Source: a virus (Duplodnaviria; Caudoviricetes). Taken from it: 51,831 nt of DNA. The translations under genes and the position numbers were made by a program. Positions 28,903 through 39,076 of the stretch are shown here, piece by piece (within the stretch, counting starts at the first letter, position 1; every line of letters begins with the position of its first letter). The stretch lies in the IMG/VR virus record IMGVR_UViG_3300012200_000007, positions 1-51,831 of that record; one strand, 5' to 3'. The notes beneath the pieces are model-generated. The model did no database searches. It saw nothing but the letters and a program-made list of their open reading frames with translations, and was not told the origin of the DNA.

Positions 28903-29260
28903 CTTGATCTGTAATTTTTACAAGCCACCATTTCACAGCAAAATTTGCGGGATTGTCGTCCCGCCGCACCGCGCGCCACTTTGGTGATGGAACATCTTCG
29001 TTCGGGTCAGCCCAAAACGGTTTCAATTGCAGAATGACATCACCGTATTTGATTTCCGGCACATGACCGCGGCGGCCTTCCATCGTCGCCATTTCACGCC
29101 AATCGCTCCCGAGTTCCAACTGTGGATCGATTGGATTGAGCGGCAGCAAAATAGCTTTGAACTGTTCGCCCGTCTTTTCCAACTCCATCACCTGACCCAA
29201 TTGCGTGACGCGGTTTTTGAATCCGTCCATCAACGCCCGCATTGCCAATGTGATCGCCAC
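28892..29260 (-). CDS. putative head closure protein
   Basis: Synteny and size. Confidence 0.45.
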   Translation of the reverse strand: MAITLAMRALMDGFKNRVTQLGQVMELEKTGEQFKAILLPLNPIDPQLELGSDWREMATMEGRRGHVPEIKYGDVILQLKPFWADPNEDVPSPKWRAVRRDDNPANFAVKWWLVKITDQDAQ

Positions 29261-29266
29261 GGATTT

Positions 29267-29713
29267 TCACGGGGCTGAAATCTTGACGCCGTAATAGACG
29301 CTCAGGTTCGTGATGTAAGTCGCCGGATCATCCCATGCATACGTTGTCAATTTGATAAACCTTGCGCCGTAACTCGGCAGATTCGTCAGGATAGATTTTG
29401 TGTTCGTGCCGTTGGCGATGAACGTAACGGTCTGACCTACCGTATCGTATTGAGAACCGTTCACCGATCGCGTGAACGTGAACACCAGATTTGAGATAGT
29501 GGCCGCGCTGGCATTGCAAGTGATTTGAACACCCACACCCGCCTGCTTGCCGACATCCATCACGAAGTTGCGCGTGGTCGTTGTCGTGGCCACGCAACTG
29601 GCCCCGCTGAATCCTTCAACGCCATCCGTTGGAGCTTGCGCCGTCACGAAATAAATCGTGAAGGCCGCAATGAAGCCGGCCAGAATCACAATCGGGAGAA
29701 TTTTGTTTTTCAT
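29267..29713 (-). CDS. virion-region protein with signal peptide
   Basis: MKNKILPIVILAGFIAAFTIYFVTAQA followed by a beta-sandwich-like body (SVNGSQY, GARFIKL). Confidence 0.6.
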   Translation of the reverse strand: MKNKILPIVILAGFIAAFTIYFVTAQAPTDGVEGFSGASCVATTTTTRNFVMDVGKQAGVGVQITCNASAATISNLVFTFTRSVNGSQYDTVGQTVTFIANGTNTKSILTNLPSYGARFIKLTTYAWDDPATYITNLSVYYGVKISAP

Positions 29714-29741
29714 GTTTGGTCTTTCAGATTCTCTGGATTGT

Positions 29742-31901
29742 TTATTGACTGGTGAGCAACACGCCGGCGCTTTCATCCAGGAGCGTTGAGCCGAACATGA
29801 GATCATAGCTCATCCAATAAGTGCGCGTCGCCAAACTGAACCAGCTATAGGCCGCGATGCTGATGTTCACTTGCGGCACCGTGATGGTGCTTTCCTGTAG
29901 CGTGTTCCCCGGAATCGCTGGAGGTGTGAGCGGCAGACCAGCCACCGCACCCATGACCTGCGGATTGCAGAACAATCCCCGGATGTGCTGGTCATCCGCG
30001 CCAGCGTGCGTCCCGGTCCAGTTCGTGTTAGTCCAGACTCCGTCCCAACCGAACCTTTTCCAACCGTCCACCTCGCCGTCAGCGGTGCCGGTCATCTGAT
30101 AGAACACCGGCGAATTGATGATGCGGGCCATGTATTCGCCGTCCATGACCGCATATTTGATGGGAGACTTTTTCAGTTGGCCCCAGGCCGTCGCCATGTC
30201 GGAAAACGAAAATGCGGAAGCTGCCCGCGTAATGGCCGTGTTCGTCGTGAACGATCCGGTTGCCAGCGGTGAGAAAGCAACCTTGAGGATATTGTCCGCG
30301 CATTCGGCCGTCTTGATGTCCACGAGGTTTTCCATCCGCAGACCGGAATTCAACTCGTCATTGGTGACGTGAAACGCGGTCGAGTATTGGTCAACGTCGA
30401 TTTGTTTGTTCGTGATCGTCGCGTCACCGGACTCGAAATTGGTTGCGTTCTTCTGCGTGGTTCCGCCAGCCGTTACAAACTTGAGTTGCGCACTCGCGCG
30501 CGGCTTGTATCGGTCCTGGCTGTAATCCCGCGTGAACACCCGAAGAGGTGCCCACAGGTTTTGCAGCTTCGTCACCGCGCCATCCAAAAGGAATTGAGTA
30601 ACGAGCGTCGCGCTGTATGTGTTGCCTGCGACGGGATACATACGAGACGGTTGACCTGGTCCCATTGACAACGGAGCGGCCATTCCATGCCGGCTGTCGC
30701 GCAATAGCGCATCGGCAATGAGTCCGTCGTATTCGAGCGAGAGAATTGCGAAACGTTTGGAAGCTGATCGTTCCTTGCGAATTTCTTCCAGGCGGTTTTC
30801 CACAATCGAAACACGTCCGCCGATGGGCGGTCCTCCGGGCATCTGGCTTGGCAGCGCGTCAATCTGCGCGAATGTCCCGGCCTCGTCCTTCATGGCCAGG
30901 TCAATCCACCAGTTCAGATTTTTGTTTTCGATTTTGTTGTCACCGCGCCGCTTAACTTCGGCGGTCACACGGACCCGGCGCTCGTCATCAAGCTGTTTGC
31001 GCAGCGCCTTGATTTCGGCGTCGTTGTTCGCTGGCGTGGGCGGTTCGGTAGGCGCTGGCGGCGGAGCAGGAGGCGGCGTCGAATTCAACTTGGCAAACGC
31101 CTCAAGGATCGTTTCCTCGCTGGCGTCTTCGGCGAGTTCGACACCGCGCGCCTTCAGCGCGGCAAGGATTTTTTTCTTGTCCATAAGTTCTGGTTTATTT
31201 TTATCTCCCGCCGCCATTGCCGGCGTCGAAATTTTCTTCCGGCCATTGACCGCTTCTACGATGTGTTGCGGAACATTTTTGAACGGTTTCAGGTCCAGCG
31301 TTTTCAGATTGTCCTCGACCAGTTCCTCTTCCTGCGTTTCTTCCGGGTCTTCAGGGTCGGTCTCGCTGAATCCAAACTCAGACGCTTCCGCCCCCGTGAA
31401 CCATGTCTCGGTCTTCATCGCATCGCGCATTTCAGAAGCCGGTTTTCCGGTCTTGCGCGCGTAAATCTCCGCGATGGTGTCGCCGTGTTTGGCCAGCATT
31501 TGAGCGGCCTTGAGGTGGTCTCCCTCATCCCCGACCGTCATGCTCCAGGGCTCGTGAATCATCGTCAGCGATGCGTGCGGCGTGACGGCCTTGCCGCCGG
31601 CGCACAAAATGATCGAGGCGCTCGACAGCGCGTAACCGTCGTTGAAAGTCGTCACGTCCTCTTTTCGCGCTTGGATGCAATTGTAAATTTCAAGCGCGTC
31701 GGAAACACTGCCCCCTTCGGAATTGATCCGGACATTGATCTTCTGGCCTTTTGGGATTGCGGAAAACTTCTCTCGGAACTCCTTCGACGTGGTTCCTGAA
31801 TCGTCATACCACGAAGCTCCGATGTGGCCGGATATAATCATCTCCGTCATGTCCGATTCGTTGCGGACGGTCAGCCATGGTTTGTTTTTTGGCAGTTTCA
31901 T
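29742..31901 (-). CDS. ClpP-type head maturation protease fused to major capsid protein
   Basis: INSEGGSV, ALSSAS, MIHEPW, ETWFTGAEA; Pro-rich linker; capsid-sized C-terminal domain. Confidence 0.85.
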   Translation of the reverse strand: MKLPKNKPWLTVRNESDMTEMIISGHIGASWYDDSGTTSKEFREKFSAIPKGQKINVRINSEGGSVSDALEIYNCIQARKEDVTTFNDGYALSSASIILCAGGKAVTPHASLTMIHEPWSMTVGDEGDHLKAAQMLAKHGDTIAEIYARKTGKPASEMRDAMKTETWFTGAEASEFGFSETDPEDPEETQEEELVEDNLKTLDLKPFKNVPQHIVEAVNGRKKISTPAMAAGDKNKPELMDKKKILAALKARGVELAEDASEETILEAFAKLNSTPPPAPPPAPTEPPTPANNDAEIKALRKQLDDERRVRVTAEVKRRGDNKIENKNLNWWIDLAMKDEAGTFAQIDALPSQMPGGPPIGGRVSIVENRLEEIRKERSASKRFAILSLEYDGLIADALLRDSRHGMAAPLSMGPGQPSRMYPVAGNTYSATLVTQFLLDGAVTKLQNLWAPLRVFTRDYSQDRYKPRASAQLKFVTAGGTTQKNATNFESGDATITNKQIDVDQYSTAFHVTNDELNSGLRMENLVDIKTAECADNILKVAFSPLATGSFTTNTAITRAASAFSFSDMATAWGQLKKSPIKYAVMDGEYMARIINSPVFYQMTGTADGEVDGWKRFGWDGVWTNTNWTGTHAGADDQHIRGLFCNPQVMGAVAGLPLTPPAIPGNTLQESTITVPQVNISIAAYSWFSLATRTYWMSYDLMFGSTLLDESAGVLLTSQ

Positions 31902-32395
31902 TATCCTCCCACCAAATAAACGTCCAACGCCTGTGCAAGCGTTCCGCTCAGGTCCAGAGTTTTTGCGCCGCTGCCGACATCAGGAGACGTGTCCAGTCCT
32001 TTATAGGTCCATTCCTCGCCGGGAGCTATGGTGAGAGAAAAATCCGCACCATTCAGGTCGTAACCATTCGAGGCTCCGGCCACGATGGTAATGTTGTTCG
32101 CGTTCGTGGCCGGGTTGCGGAACTTGGCGAGTTGAATTTTCAGCCCTGTGAAATTGACCGTGACACCGTTGGTTCCAAGAACAGAAGTCAAATCAATCGT
32201 AGCGGAACCTCCGCTGAGAGCTTTTTGGAACGCCGCGAAAGTGGTTACTGGCGGAGTCGATCCGGAATTGAGAGTTGCCGAAGTGTCGAACTGGTCATGC
32301 GTGACAACTTTCTTTGAACTTGAGGCAAACGGCGCGTTGCCAGTCAGGGTTTCAGCGACAGTGACGGTGGACTTGTAGGTGACTGATAAACTCAC
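31901..32395 (-). CDS. putative virion structural protein
   Basis: T/S/G-rich; abuts the capsid gene. Confidence 0.55.
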   Translation of the reverse strand: MSLSVTYKSTVTVAETLTGNAPFASSSKKVVTHDQFDTSATLNSGSTPPVTTFAAFQKALSGGSATIDLTSVLGTNGVTVNFTGLKIQLAKFRNPATNANNITIVAGASNGYDLNGADFSLTIAPGEEWTYKGLDTSPDVGSGAKTLDLSGTLAQALDVYLVGG

Positions 32396-32649
32396 GCCAG
32401 AACGCTTGCACGTTCAAGTGGGCATTGACAAATGCTAGTTACACCAATTCCAACCACTTAGGGGAAAATTAAGAACAACCGCGAATGCAGTGTTCAGATC
32501 GCGGCCAGAATCAACGCCGATATGACTCCGGCCAGAGCGAAGAACCAGACCAGAAATTCCGCACCGCTAACGTGACGGTTCATGTCCATACCTTCTTATA
32601 CGCTCTGGAAAGGCGGGTTCTTTATACAATTTTGAGGCGGTGTTTGTAA

Positions 32650-33162
32650 TCACCGGATCAGCAACAAAAGTTCCTCCGGTTGGTTCTCGATTCCAACCGG
32701 AGACAAAACGCATTTCGATTTTCCGATCATTTTGACGCGCATGGCCATTGTCGCGCCCGCCTGAATCCGCATTTCAGATTCTGACTGAGCCCGCATTGCG
32801 ACAGGAGCAACAGCGACAAGTTTCATCGCAGAAATGGTTCCCGGTTTCCTGAGATTTGTTTTCGCGCGCGCCCGTCCTTTGACACTGGCCGACATTCCGT
32901 TTGCGCGTTTGAATTGCGCTTTGATTGCCGCGCGAGCCGATAGCGTTGCCTCGAATGTTGACGCCCCTTCAAACGTGGACGCGATGGAACGGTGCGTGAT
33001 TGCGTACTCGAGCGGTTCGGATTTGCGGTCGAAAAAGTAGCGCGTCAATCGTCCCGACCCGCCGCCGGTCGTTAAAGAACGCTCAACTGGTTGACTTATT
33101 GGAAGTGAAACAAATCCAGATTGGCCGAATCCACCGCGACCAAATTGAAAGTTTCCGAACAA
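32650..33162 (-). CDS. hypothetical structural-region protein
   Basis: 170-aa ORF in the operon. Confidence 0.5.
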   Translation of the reverse strand: MFGNFQFGRGGFGQSGFVSLPISQPVERSLTTGGGSGRLTRYFFDRKSEPLEYAITHRSIASTFEGASTFEATLSARAAIKAQFKRANGMSASVKGRARAKTNLRKPGTISAMKLVAVAPVAMRAQSESEMRIQAGATMAMRVKMIGKSKCVLSPVGIENQPEELLLLIR

Positions 33163-33168
33163 GGAAGA

Positions 33169-33726
33169 TCAAACAAGGTCCAACTCAAACGTAGTCAGGA
33201 CGGCGGCATTACTCGCATTGGTCGCACTGAAAAGTCCGGTCACAAAAAAAGCAAACGCGCTTGCCGCACTGGTCAAAGACGTTCCAGGATTGGCAAGCAC
33301 GGCGCGGGCAATAAGAGCTGGCGAACCGCCAACCGCATCCGTCACCCCAGAATATTCCCCTATCATTCGCTGAGATGTCGCGTCCCAGTAAACCAATCCT
33401 TCGAGTCCGAACACACGAGTTGCGCTATTCACCGCAACCGCGCCACTGGTCATAATGTTAATGTCGCTCGTGAACGTCGTCAGGTTTGTGTTGCCCCCGT
33501 AATTGCCATAAGCCTTGAGCGTGTAATTTGTAGTTGTGCCGCCAGTCACCTTTGCGACTACCCGGATGCGCAATGCATGACCCTCAAAAACAGCGGTAAA
33601 CACCGGCGCTGGCGGTGAAAGAACAGCGCGAACAGAACCGCCCGAAGCGGAAGCAAACGCAGCCTCAGTAGTTACGTTGCCTTGAGACAGATTCTGGAAA
33701 GCAGCAATGGTGTTCGCGTTGGGCAT
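33169..33726 (-). CDS. putative virion structural protein
   Basis: A/T/G-rich beta protein. Confidence 0.55.
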   Translation of the reverse strand: MPNANTIAAFQNLSQGNVTTEAAFASASGGSVRAVLSPPAPVFTAVFEGHALRIRVVAKVTGGTTTNYTLKAYGNYGGNTNLTTFTSDINIMTSGAVAVNSATRVFGLEGLVYWDATSQRMIGEYSGVTDAVGGSPALIARAVLANPGTSLTSAASAFAFFVTGLFSATNASNAAVLTTFELDLV

Positions 33727-33729
33727 GAA

Positions 33730-34353
33730 TTACTGAACGATTTCTTCCCAGGCAAAACTCGCCACAACCGTCACGGCAGTCGTTAGCGCCTGAAGTGAAA
33801 TGCAGGTTCCCGGTTGCAATAGAATCAGTCCGCTTACTTCATCCCGGATGAATGGCTGGTATGCCGTCGAAGTCGCCATTGTCGCCGCACCACCGGCGCC
33901 GATGATGCGGACGATGTTGGCGTTCGCAATCGTGGCCGAACTATCAGCGAACGCGACAGAGTTCTGACCGCCTCCAAGCAAAGCGTTGCGGATCGTCAAA
34001 GCAACGCTATGAGTCGTTGCGGTGGCAATCGGATTAAGATTGCCGGTGAGCAGAAGATTGTATTGGCCAGCCGGTAAACTCGCAATGGCAACGCACACTT
34101 CGAGCAGTGATAAGTTTTTGCCCGACCCTGCCGGGTTGCTGAGTATAAGTCCGGTGGCAGTCGTGCTGTTAAGACTCAAAGCTTGCGTGGCAGTGTTCGC
34201 CGCAAAAAACACATTGCCGCGAGAAACCGCTTCGTGATAGCGGCCATGACACTGACTAATTATCAGGTCGCTATCCCGACCCTGACGTAATGGTGTGTCA
34301 CTGCCATCCTGACCGCGATAGGGACCGACTGAACCTTTGACAAGTGTTTCCAT
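33730..34353 (-). CDS. putative virion structural protein
   Basis: HGRYHEA..RG..F...LSNPAGSGKNL...LQPG...WEE, a recurrent phage family pattern. Confidence 0.6.
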   Translation of the reverse strand: METLVKGSVGPYRGQDGSDTPLRQGRDSDLIISQCHGRYHEAVSRGNVFFAANTATQALSLNSTTATGLILSNPAGSGKNLSLLEVCVAIASLPAGQYNLLLTGNLNPIATATTHSVALTIRNALLGGGQNSVAFADSSATIANANIVRIIGAGGAATMATSTAYQPFIRDEVSGLILLQPGTCISLQALTTAVTVVASFAWEEIVQ

Positions 34354-34356
34354 TTT

Positions 34357-34542
34357 TTATTCCTCCAATAATTCCTGCGGCACTTCGATTCCCTGTCCGT
34401 GAAGCAATTGAGCTAAAGTTTTTACCTGTTCAGTCAACCAATCGACTCTCTCCGTTACCGGCGTAGCAATGTCATCAGGATCTTGCAATTGCTGGATGCT
34501 TGCCGTGTCGGACAGGACTAATGGTTTTCTTTGGTGACTCAT
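34357..34542 (-). CDS. small protein sharing its N-terminal motif with the upstream gene
   Basis: RKPLVL....IQQLQ..D occurs in both ORFs. Confidence 0.55.
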   Translation of the reverse strand: MSHQRKPLVLSDTASIQQLQDPDDIATPVTERVDWLTEQVKTLAQLLHGQGIEVPQELLEE

Positions 34543-35018
34543 AACAAAATCGGGTCTTTGATCCCGATGGCCAGTTCGGTGGTCGAAACAGCAATCCCCA
34601 ACCGCACAACATACTGGCCAACCGTTGACGGAGCCGTACCAGTCCCAAGCCCGGCAGTTGCGGCCGATAGAAAATAAATCGTGCCAGCCGTCAATCCGCC
34701 CGATGTTCCGAAGGCCGTATCCCATTGGCCGGTTGTGAGCGACAAAATTCCATCCGTTGCATACACGCCAGCCACTCCGTTAGTCACCGCGATTGAAGCC
34801 AGAGCAAAAGCATAAGCGGTCCCCGCAGCGTCCGCCTTGGCTTTCTTCACGCCGTCATTTGCGTCCAGGTAAACGATCTGACCGGGAATGTGCGAGCCAA
34901 CATCGTCATTCGTTAGAGAAATTTCCTGAGCTCCCGCAAGAGGAGCTGATAAAGTGTCACCGGATTGAAGCTGCTGAATGATTCCCGCATTCAACACAAG
35001 AGGTTTTCTTGAAGCCAT
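34539..35018 (-). CDS. capsid decoration/cement-like protein
   Basis: GQIVY...AKADA...GLTAG..YFLS..G..T.P...VVRLG.A.S.TEL. Confidence 0.6.
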   Translation of the reverse strand: MASRKPLVLNAGIIQQLQSGDTLSAPLAGAQEISLTNDDVGSHIPGQIVYLDANDGVKKAKADAAGTAYAFALASIAVTNGVAGVYATDGILSLTTGQWDTAFGTSGGLTAGTIYFLSAATAGLGTGTAPSTVGQYVVRLGIAVSTTELAIGIKDPILL

Positions 35019-35024
35019 AACGCA

Positions 35025-35660
35025 CTAAATCAAAATAGGTGTTTGCAGGTCAACCAGTAAAATCGTCGGTCCCAATGCCGTTCCAATAGCCTGAACAAAT
35101 CCAATGACCGGCGGACTCGTTGACAAATTAGTTCCGTTCAGGAAAACCAAATCACCCGCCGTCCACGACCAGTCTGGATTCTCCACCTCGCCGGACTCAA
35201 TCACATCGCCGCTAAAACCGTCCTCAATTGCCGCCGGCACAACTCCGATTACTTTTCCAAACGCGCCGCTTGGATTGCCGCTGTCGGCAACCTCGCCCAA
35301 ACTTGTGACAGCCGAAAACGCAGGGATGTCTTCCTCGGCCACAATCGAAACAAGCCGAATCGCGGTTTCGATGTCCTCCAAACATTTCGCCGTCAGAGTC
35401 AAAGCAATTAAATCACCAACAGCTATCGCTCGGGCTGTGGTTCCCTCTTGATGCCGTTGAATCGTCAGCACGTCACCAACGATTCCTGTCACGCGAACAA
35501 TCTCAGGCGTGCCTGTTCCGTTGACGGTGCAGTTGAATGGCGCCGTTGGAAATATCGCGCCGTGCCCGGATTGGACCGTCAGAGAAAGCCCGCTCGTTGC
35601 CGGGCTGGGTGCCACGGCCACGGTCGATGCGACAAAGTTGCCGTGCGCGTCAAAGGCCAT
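35025..35660 (-). CDS. virion protein (decoration-like C-terminus)
   Basis: EIVRVT...LTIQR.QEGTTA module plus WSWTAG..VFL...LST.PP..GF.Q.IG.A. Confidence 0.6.
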   Translation of the reverse strand: MAFDAHGNFVASTVAVAPSPATSGLSLTVQSGHGAIFPTAPFNCTVNGTGTPEIVRVTGIVGDVLTIQRHQEGTTARAIAVGDLIALTLTAKCLEDIETAIRLVSIVAEEDIPAFSAVTSLGEVADSGNPSGAFGKVIGVVPAAIEDGFSGDVIESGEVENPDWSWTAGDLVFLNGTNLSTSPPVIGFVQAIGTALGPTILLVDLQTPILI

Positions 35661-36118
35661 TAAGATTCTGTCAGGGCCAAGTCTCCAATTCTGAACTCGG
35701 GAATGATGCCCGCCACAACTGGAATTTTCGTAACCAGTTTTCCTGAATACAACATTTTTCCAGTTCCACTCGCCGAAGTCCCGACCGCCGCGTATTTGAT
35801 TTGATTTTCTCCACCCGTTGCTTCCGGGAAAGCAACCAGCGTCGCGTTGCTGACGCGCACCGGGCCTATATCACTGTCAATCACAGTTATGGTCCAGCGC
35901 GCGCTGCTCCGGGGCACCGCGACTCTGGCGTAGCCTGAATAGTTCGCCTCGTTTTTTGTCTGCGCGCCAGACCGTCCCGGGTCGGCCGTGTGAAGCGACA
36001 CGTAAATATTGCCCGCAACCGATGAACCAAGGAGCCCGACCGCATCACCCAGCAACGCGCAAGCCGTGTTATGGAACACGAGCTTGAACAGGTCCATTGT
36101 CCAGTCGTTTGATTTCAT
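35660..36118 (-). CDS. conserved virion structural protein
   Basis: YVSLHTADPG...EA.Y.GYARVAV...SN...FP.ATG family signature. Confidence 0.7.
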   Translation of the reverse strand: MKSNDWTMDLFKLVFHNTACALLGDAVGLLGSSVAGNIYVSLHTADPGRSGAQTKNEANYSGYARVAVPRSSARWTITVIDSDIGPVRVSNATLVAFPEATGGENQIKYAAVGTSASGTGKMLYSGKLVTKIPVVAGIIPEFRIGDLALTES

Positions 36119-36367
36119 GTCACGTCACCGTTTAACATGCTCTGCATGGAAAACATTGCGCTTTGAATTTCGTCAACCGTCCCCACCGGAGCGATTGCGG
36201 ACAGAGTAGCCGCTCTGCCAATCAGTTTGGCCCGGCACAAAGAACAAATGGTGTAGAACAAAGTCAGATCGTCTCCTTCCTCCATACTGAAAGAAACGAA
36301 TTCGGGCTTGCCTTCCTTCCGGTTGTGGCACAGCGAGCATTCATTATCGTAACGGTGGTCGCTCATT

Positions 36368-38056
36368 TTATGCCGGCAACGCTTTGTATCGGACAATTTT
36401 TCCTTGAGCATCCCGGACAATTTCCCAGTCGTGCAATGCCGCCGGTTCAATCTTCTTCTTGTCCGGATCGCGCGTCGCTTCCTCCTCGGCGGTCGGCAGG
36501 ATCGTTTCCTTGACGCTCATCGTCTGTTTGGCCAGTTGGGCAATCTGCTCTCGCGTCACGCCGAACTCGTCCACCAGCCCGTTGATGAAAGCAGCTTCAA
36601 CCGCTTTCTGTCTAAGCACGTGCCGCCAATCATGGCCCATCTCGGCGCACACGTCCTGATAGGTTCGGATGCCGCCTTCCAATTCTTCCAAAATCGCCTG
36701 GCTGTTCCGGCCGACATCCACCGTCACCGAGCGCGGCGGCCTGACAACGGTATGCCACCATTCACGCGGCGCGCCGTCAAGCTGCCGGTCGAACTTCACC
36801 GCCCATGACATCGTCCACAAATAAATTTCACGCAGAATCGCGGCAATAATGGCGGAACGCGAACGGAAGAACGAAGCGGCAACATCCAGGTCCGCGCGCG
36901 TCACGGTCCCTTGAAGGGAGAACGGCAGGACAAGAAGCGAACTGATTCCGACACCGGCGCATATTTTTCTGACCAGATAATCCCAGTAATCCTTGGTCGC
37001 AACGGATGGCCTGTCGCTCTTGAATTGCTCGAACTTTTCACCGTTCGATACGTAAACGTTTCGCCCGCCCATCGTAGTCTCGTAAAATAGCGGTGGTGTT
37101 TTCACGGTCGGATTTCCAGCCGCATCCTGGCTTTGAATCTGCCAGCGTTGTCTTCGAGAACTTGTGGTTGACGCCTCTCCGGTTTTGTTCGTGATGACGT
37201 TTGCGACTTCCGCCGCCGCTCTTGCGGCTTTGGATTCTAGAAATTGCAGATCATCCAGATCGTGCAAATCGTTCATCACCGGGTAAAGCATCGGCGGGCC
37301 GTGAACCATTCCTGGCCGTGATGGCTCGAACAGGTGCAACATCCGGTCCCCGTCAATCGGCGCCCAAGTCTGTCCTTTTCCGGATGACCACTGGCCTGAA
37401 TAAAACGAAATACTGTCCGTTCGCACCCAGTAACGTTTCGGACGGCCAATCGGTTGGTCGTTCGCGTCAACGTTGAATTCGATCCCGTCAATGATTCCAC
37501 GCCCCTCGCTGCTCCGCATTTCCGGCGGCGTTCCGATCCGGTGCGATTCGATGAGTTGAATTCTTGGTCGCCCGCTATCGGGTGAAAAAGTTTTGTAGAT
37601 GAACGATTCTCCGTCAACCGCCCATGACCGAGCCATCAGACTTTGCACGACACCCATCGCGAGTCCGTTGTCAACGCACGGCCATTTGCACCAATTGTTC
37701 CACCATTGGCTTGCGGCCTGGTTCCAATCCTCCTCATCCGGGCAACTCGGAATGACTTTAAGACCATCGGGCCCGACCGTGTATTGCTCGAAAACGTCAC
37801 AGAGCCGGTTGACGATTGCGTTGTTTGCCTCCCAGTAGCGGGAACGCCGAATCAGTTCCAGACGGGTTGAGCTGTCAAAATCAAACCGGGCATCCTGAAC
37901 GGAAGCGGGCAGCCATGATCGATCAAAGAAATTTGTCGATGCACCCTCGTAACGGGCTTGCGGTGTCTTGCGCTTACGGGCTTTCGTTGGCCGGCGAGCG
38001 GGACGTTTTTTGGCGCGTGGTTTCATTCCGGTGGCAATCTTTTTTTGAAATACCAT
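36368..38056 (-). CDS. lambda-type portal protein (start possibly at 38026)
   Basis: ARYEGA, RSRYWEANN, DGESF, IQLIESHRI, DGIEF, HLFEPSRPGMVHG.P, VDVGR. Confidence 0.9.
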   Translation of the reverse strand: MVFQKKIATGMKPRAKKRPARRPTKARKRKTPQARYEGASTNFFDRSWLPASVQDARFDFDSSTRLELIRRSRYWEANNAIVNRLCDVFEQYTVGPDGLKVIPSCPDEEDWNQAASQWWNNWCKWPCVDNGLAMGVVQSLMARSWAVDGESFIYKTFSPDSGRPRIQLIESHRIGTPPEMRSSEGRGIIDGIEFNVDANDQPIGRPKRYWVRTDSISFYSGQWSSGKGQTWAPIDGDRMLHLFEPSRPGMVHGPPMLYPVMNDLHDLDDLQFLESKAARAAAEVANVITNKTGEASTTSSRRQRWQIQSQDAAGNPTVKTPPLFYETTMGGRNVYVSNGEKFEQFKSDRPSVATKDYWDYLVRKICAGVGISSLLVLPFSLQGTVTRADLDVAASFFRSRSAIIAAILREIYLWTMSWAVKFDRQLDGAPREWWHTVVRPPRSVTVDVGRNSQAILEELEGGIRTYQDVCAEMGHDWRHVLRQKAVEAAFINGLVDEFGVTREQIAQLAKQTMSVKETILPTAEEEATRDPDKKKIEPAALHDWEIVRDAQGKIVRYKALPA

Positions 38057-38135
38057 TCCGTTCCTCGTTCACGAAGAAATTCACGCATCGTTTTAGATCG
38101 TAATTTTTTACGTGGATGTTTCTTGATGCGTTTCA

Positions 38136-38423
38136 TCAAGTGAAAGTGTGTTTTACTGCGCTCTCATTTTTAAGTTCTTCACGCATCACGCGCTCGCCAA
38201 TCTGGTCAGACAATTCCAACATTTTGTCCGCAACCGTAACGGCGTTCTTGCAAAGGTCGTGAAGATGGAAATTAGGATTTGCCCTGAGCGTGGAAGAAAT
38301 GACAGCCAGAGCGTAAGCGTCCCAACGATCTATTTCACGTTGCCGCGCTCTCCGCCGATCTTCATTCACGGCATCGCGAGCATGTAAACGCTCCGCTTCA
38401 ATCATGGCTCCTGGATTTGGCAT
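38136..38423 (-). CDS. hypothetical protein
   Basis: WDAYA...AV.VADKML pattern. Confidence 0.55.
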   Translation of the reverse strand: MPNPGAMIEAERLHARDAVNEDRRRARQREIDRWDAYALAVISSTLRANPNFHLHDLCKNAVTVADKMLELSDQIGERVMREELKNESAVKHTFT

Positions 38424-38424
38424 A

Positions 38425-38871
38425 TCAATACCTCTGGTTCCAGCGGAGCAAAACAAAATCACGCTGCAAACTTGTAACCGTTTGCATTCGGTCATCGCTC
38501 ATCATCACCGACAAAAGCGTCGCGTCATTCGGAGAACTGTTCCCCTGTCCTGCCAGTGTAATAATCGCGTCGTTGTAAACCTCGCGGAATTCCTGCGCCA
38601 TGCCGAACACTTCATCCTCGGAAAACGCCCGCCACACCATCGGCGATGTCCATCGTGTTTCGTGCCCGAGACCGGATGTTTGGAAAAGCGTTTTGCCATC
38701 CTTGACGTTGCCGAAACAATAATGTTGAAACGCTTTCAGCGCATCCTCGAATGTAACAATCGCCGGTCCCTCCGTGTCTCCGGTCAAATCAGCCAGCAAC
38801 GTTTCCGCCTTATACGCGTCATAAAGACTTTGCAGAAACGACCGTTTCAATTCGGCTTTAAGCGCGGCCAT
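38425..38871 (-). CDS. putative head completion protein (gpW position)
   Basis: Between terL and portal. Confidence 0.4.
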   Translation of the reverse strand: MAALKAELKRSFLQSLYDAYKAETLLADLTGDTEGPAIVTFEDALKAFQHYCFGNVKDGKTLFQTSGLGHETRWTSPMVWRAFSEDEVFGMAQEFREVYNDAIITLAGQGNSSPNDATLLSVMMSDDRMQTVTSLQRDFVLLRWNQRY

Positions 38872-38875
38872 GCAA

Positions 38876-39076
38876 TCAACTTTCCGGCCATTGCTGGCGC
38901 ATCCGCAATTCGCGTTCTGCGATTGACGCAATATACCGGACCATCCGTGAATTCAGATCGCGCCGCGCCACATCCAATCCGAGCCGATGCTCGTTGCGTT
39001 CAACTGTTCGGACACTCACCTCCAGAACTTGAGCGAGTTCTTTGCGAGTGATGAAATTGCGTTTCGGAATGTTCAC
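38876..39076 (-). CDS. small HTH (excisionase/MerR-like) DNA-binding protein
   Basis: FITRKELAQVLEVSVRTVER. Confidence 0.7.
   Translation of the reverse strand: MNIPKRNFITRKELAQVLEVSVRTVERNEHRLGLDVARRDLNSRMVRYIASIAERELRMRQQWPES

Noticed and set aside
32300-32315. Additional CCAGTAAC on the minus strand
   Set aside because: It lies inside a coding sequence with no flanking stem.
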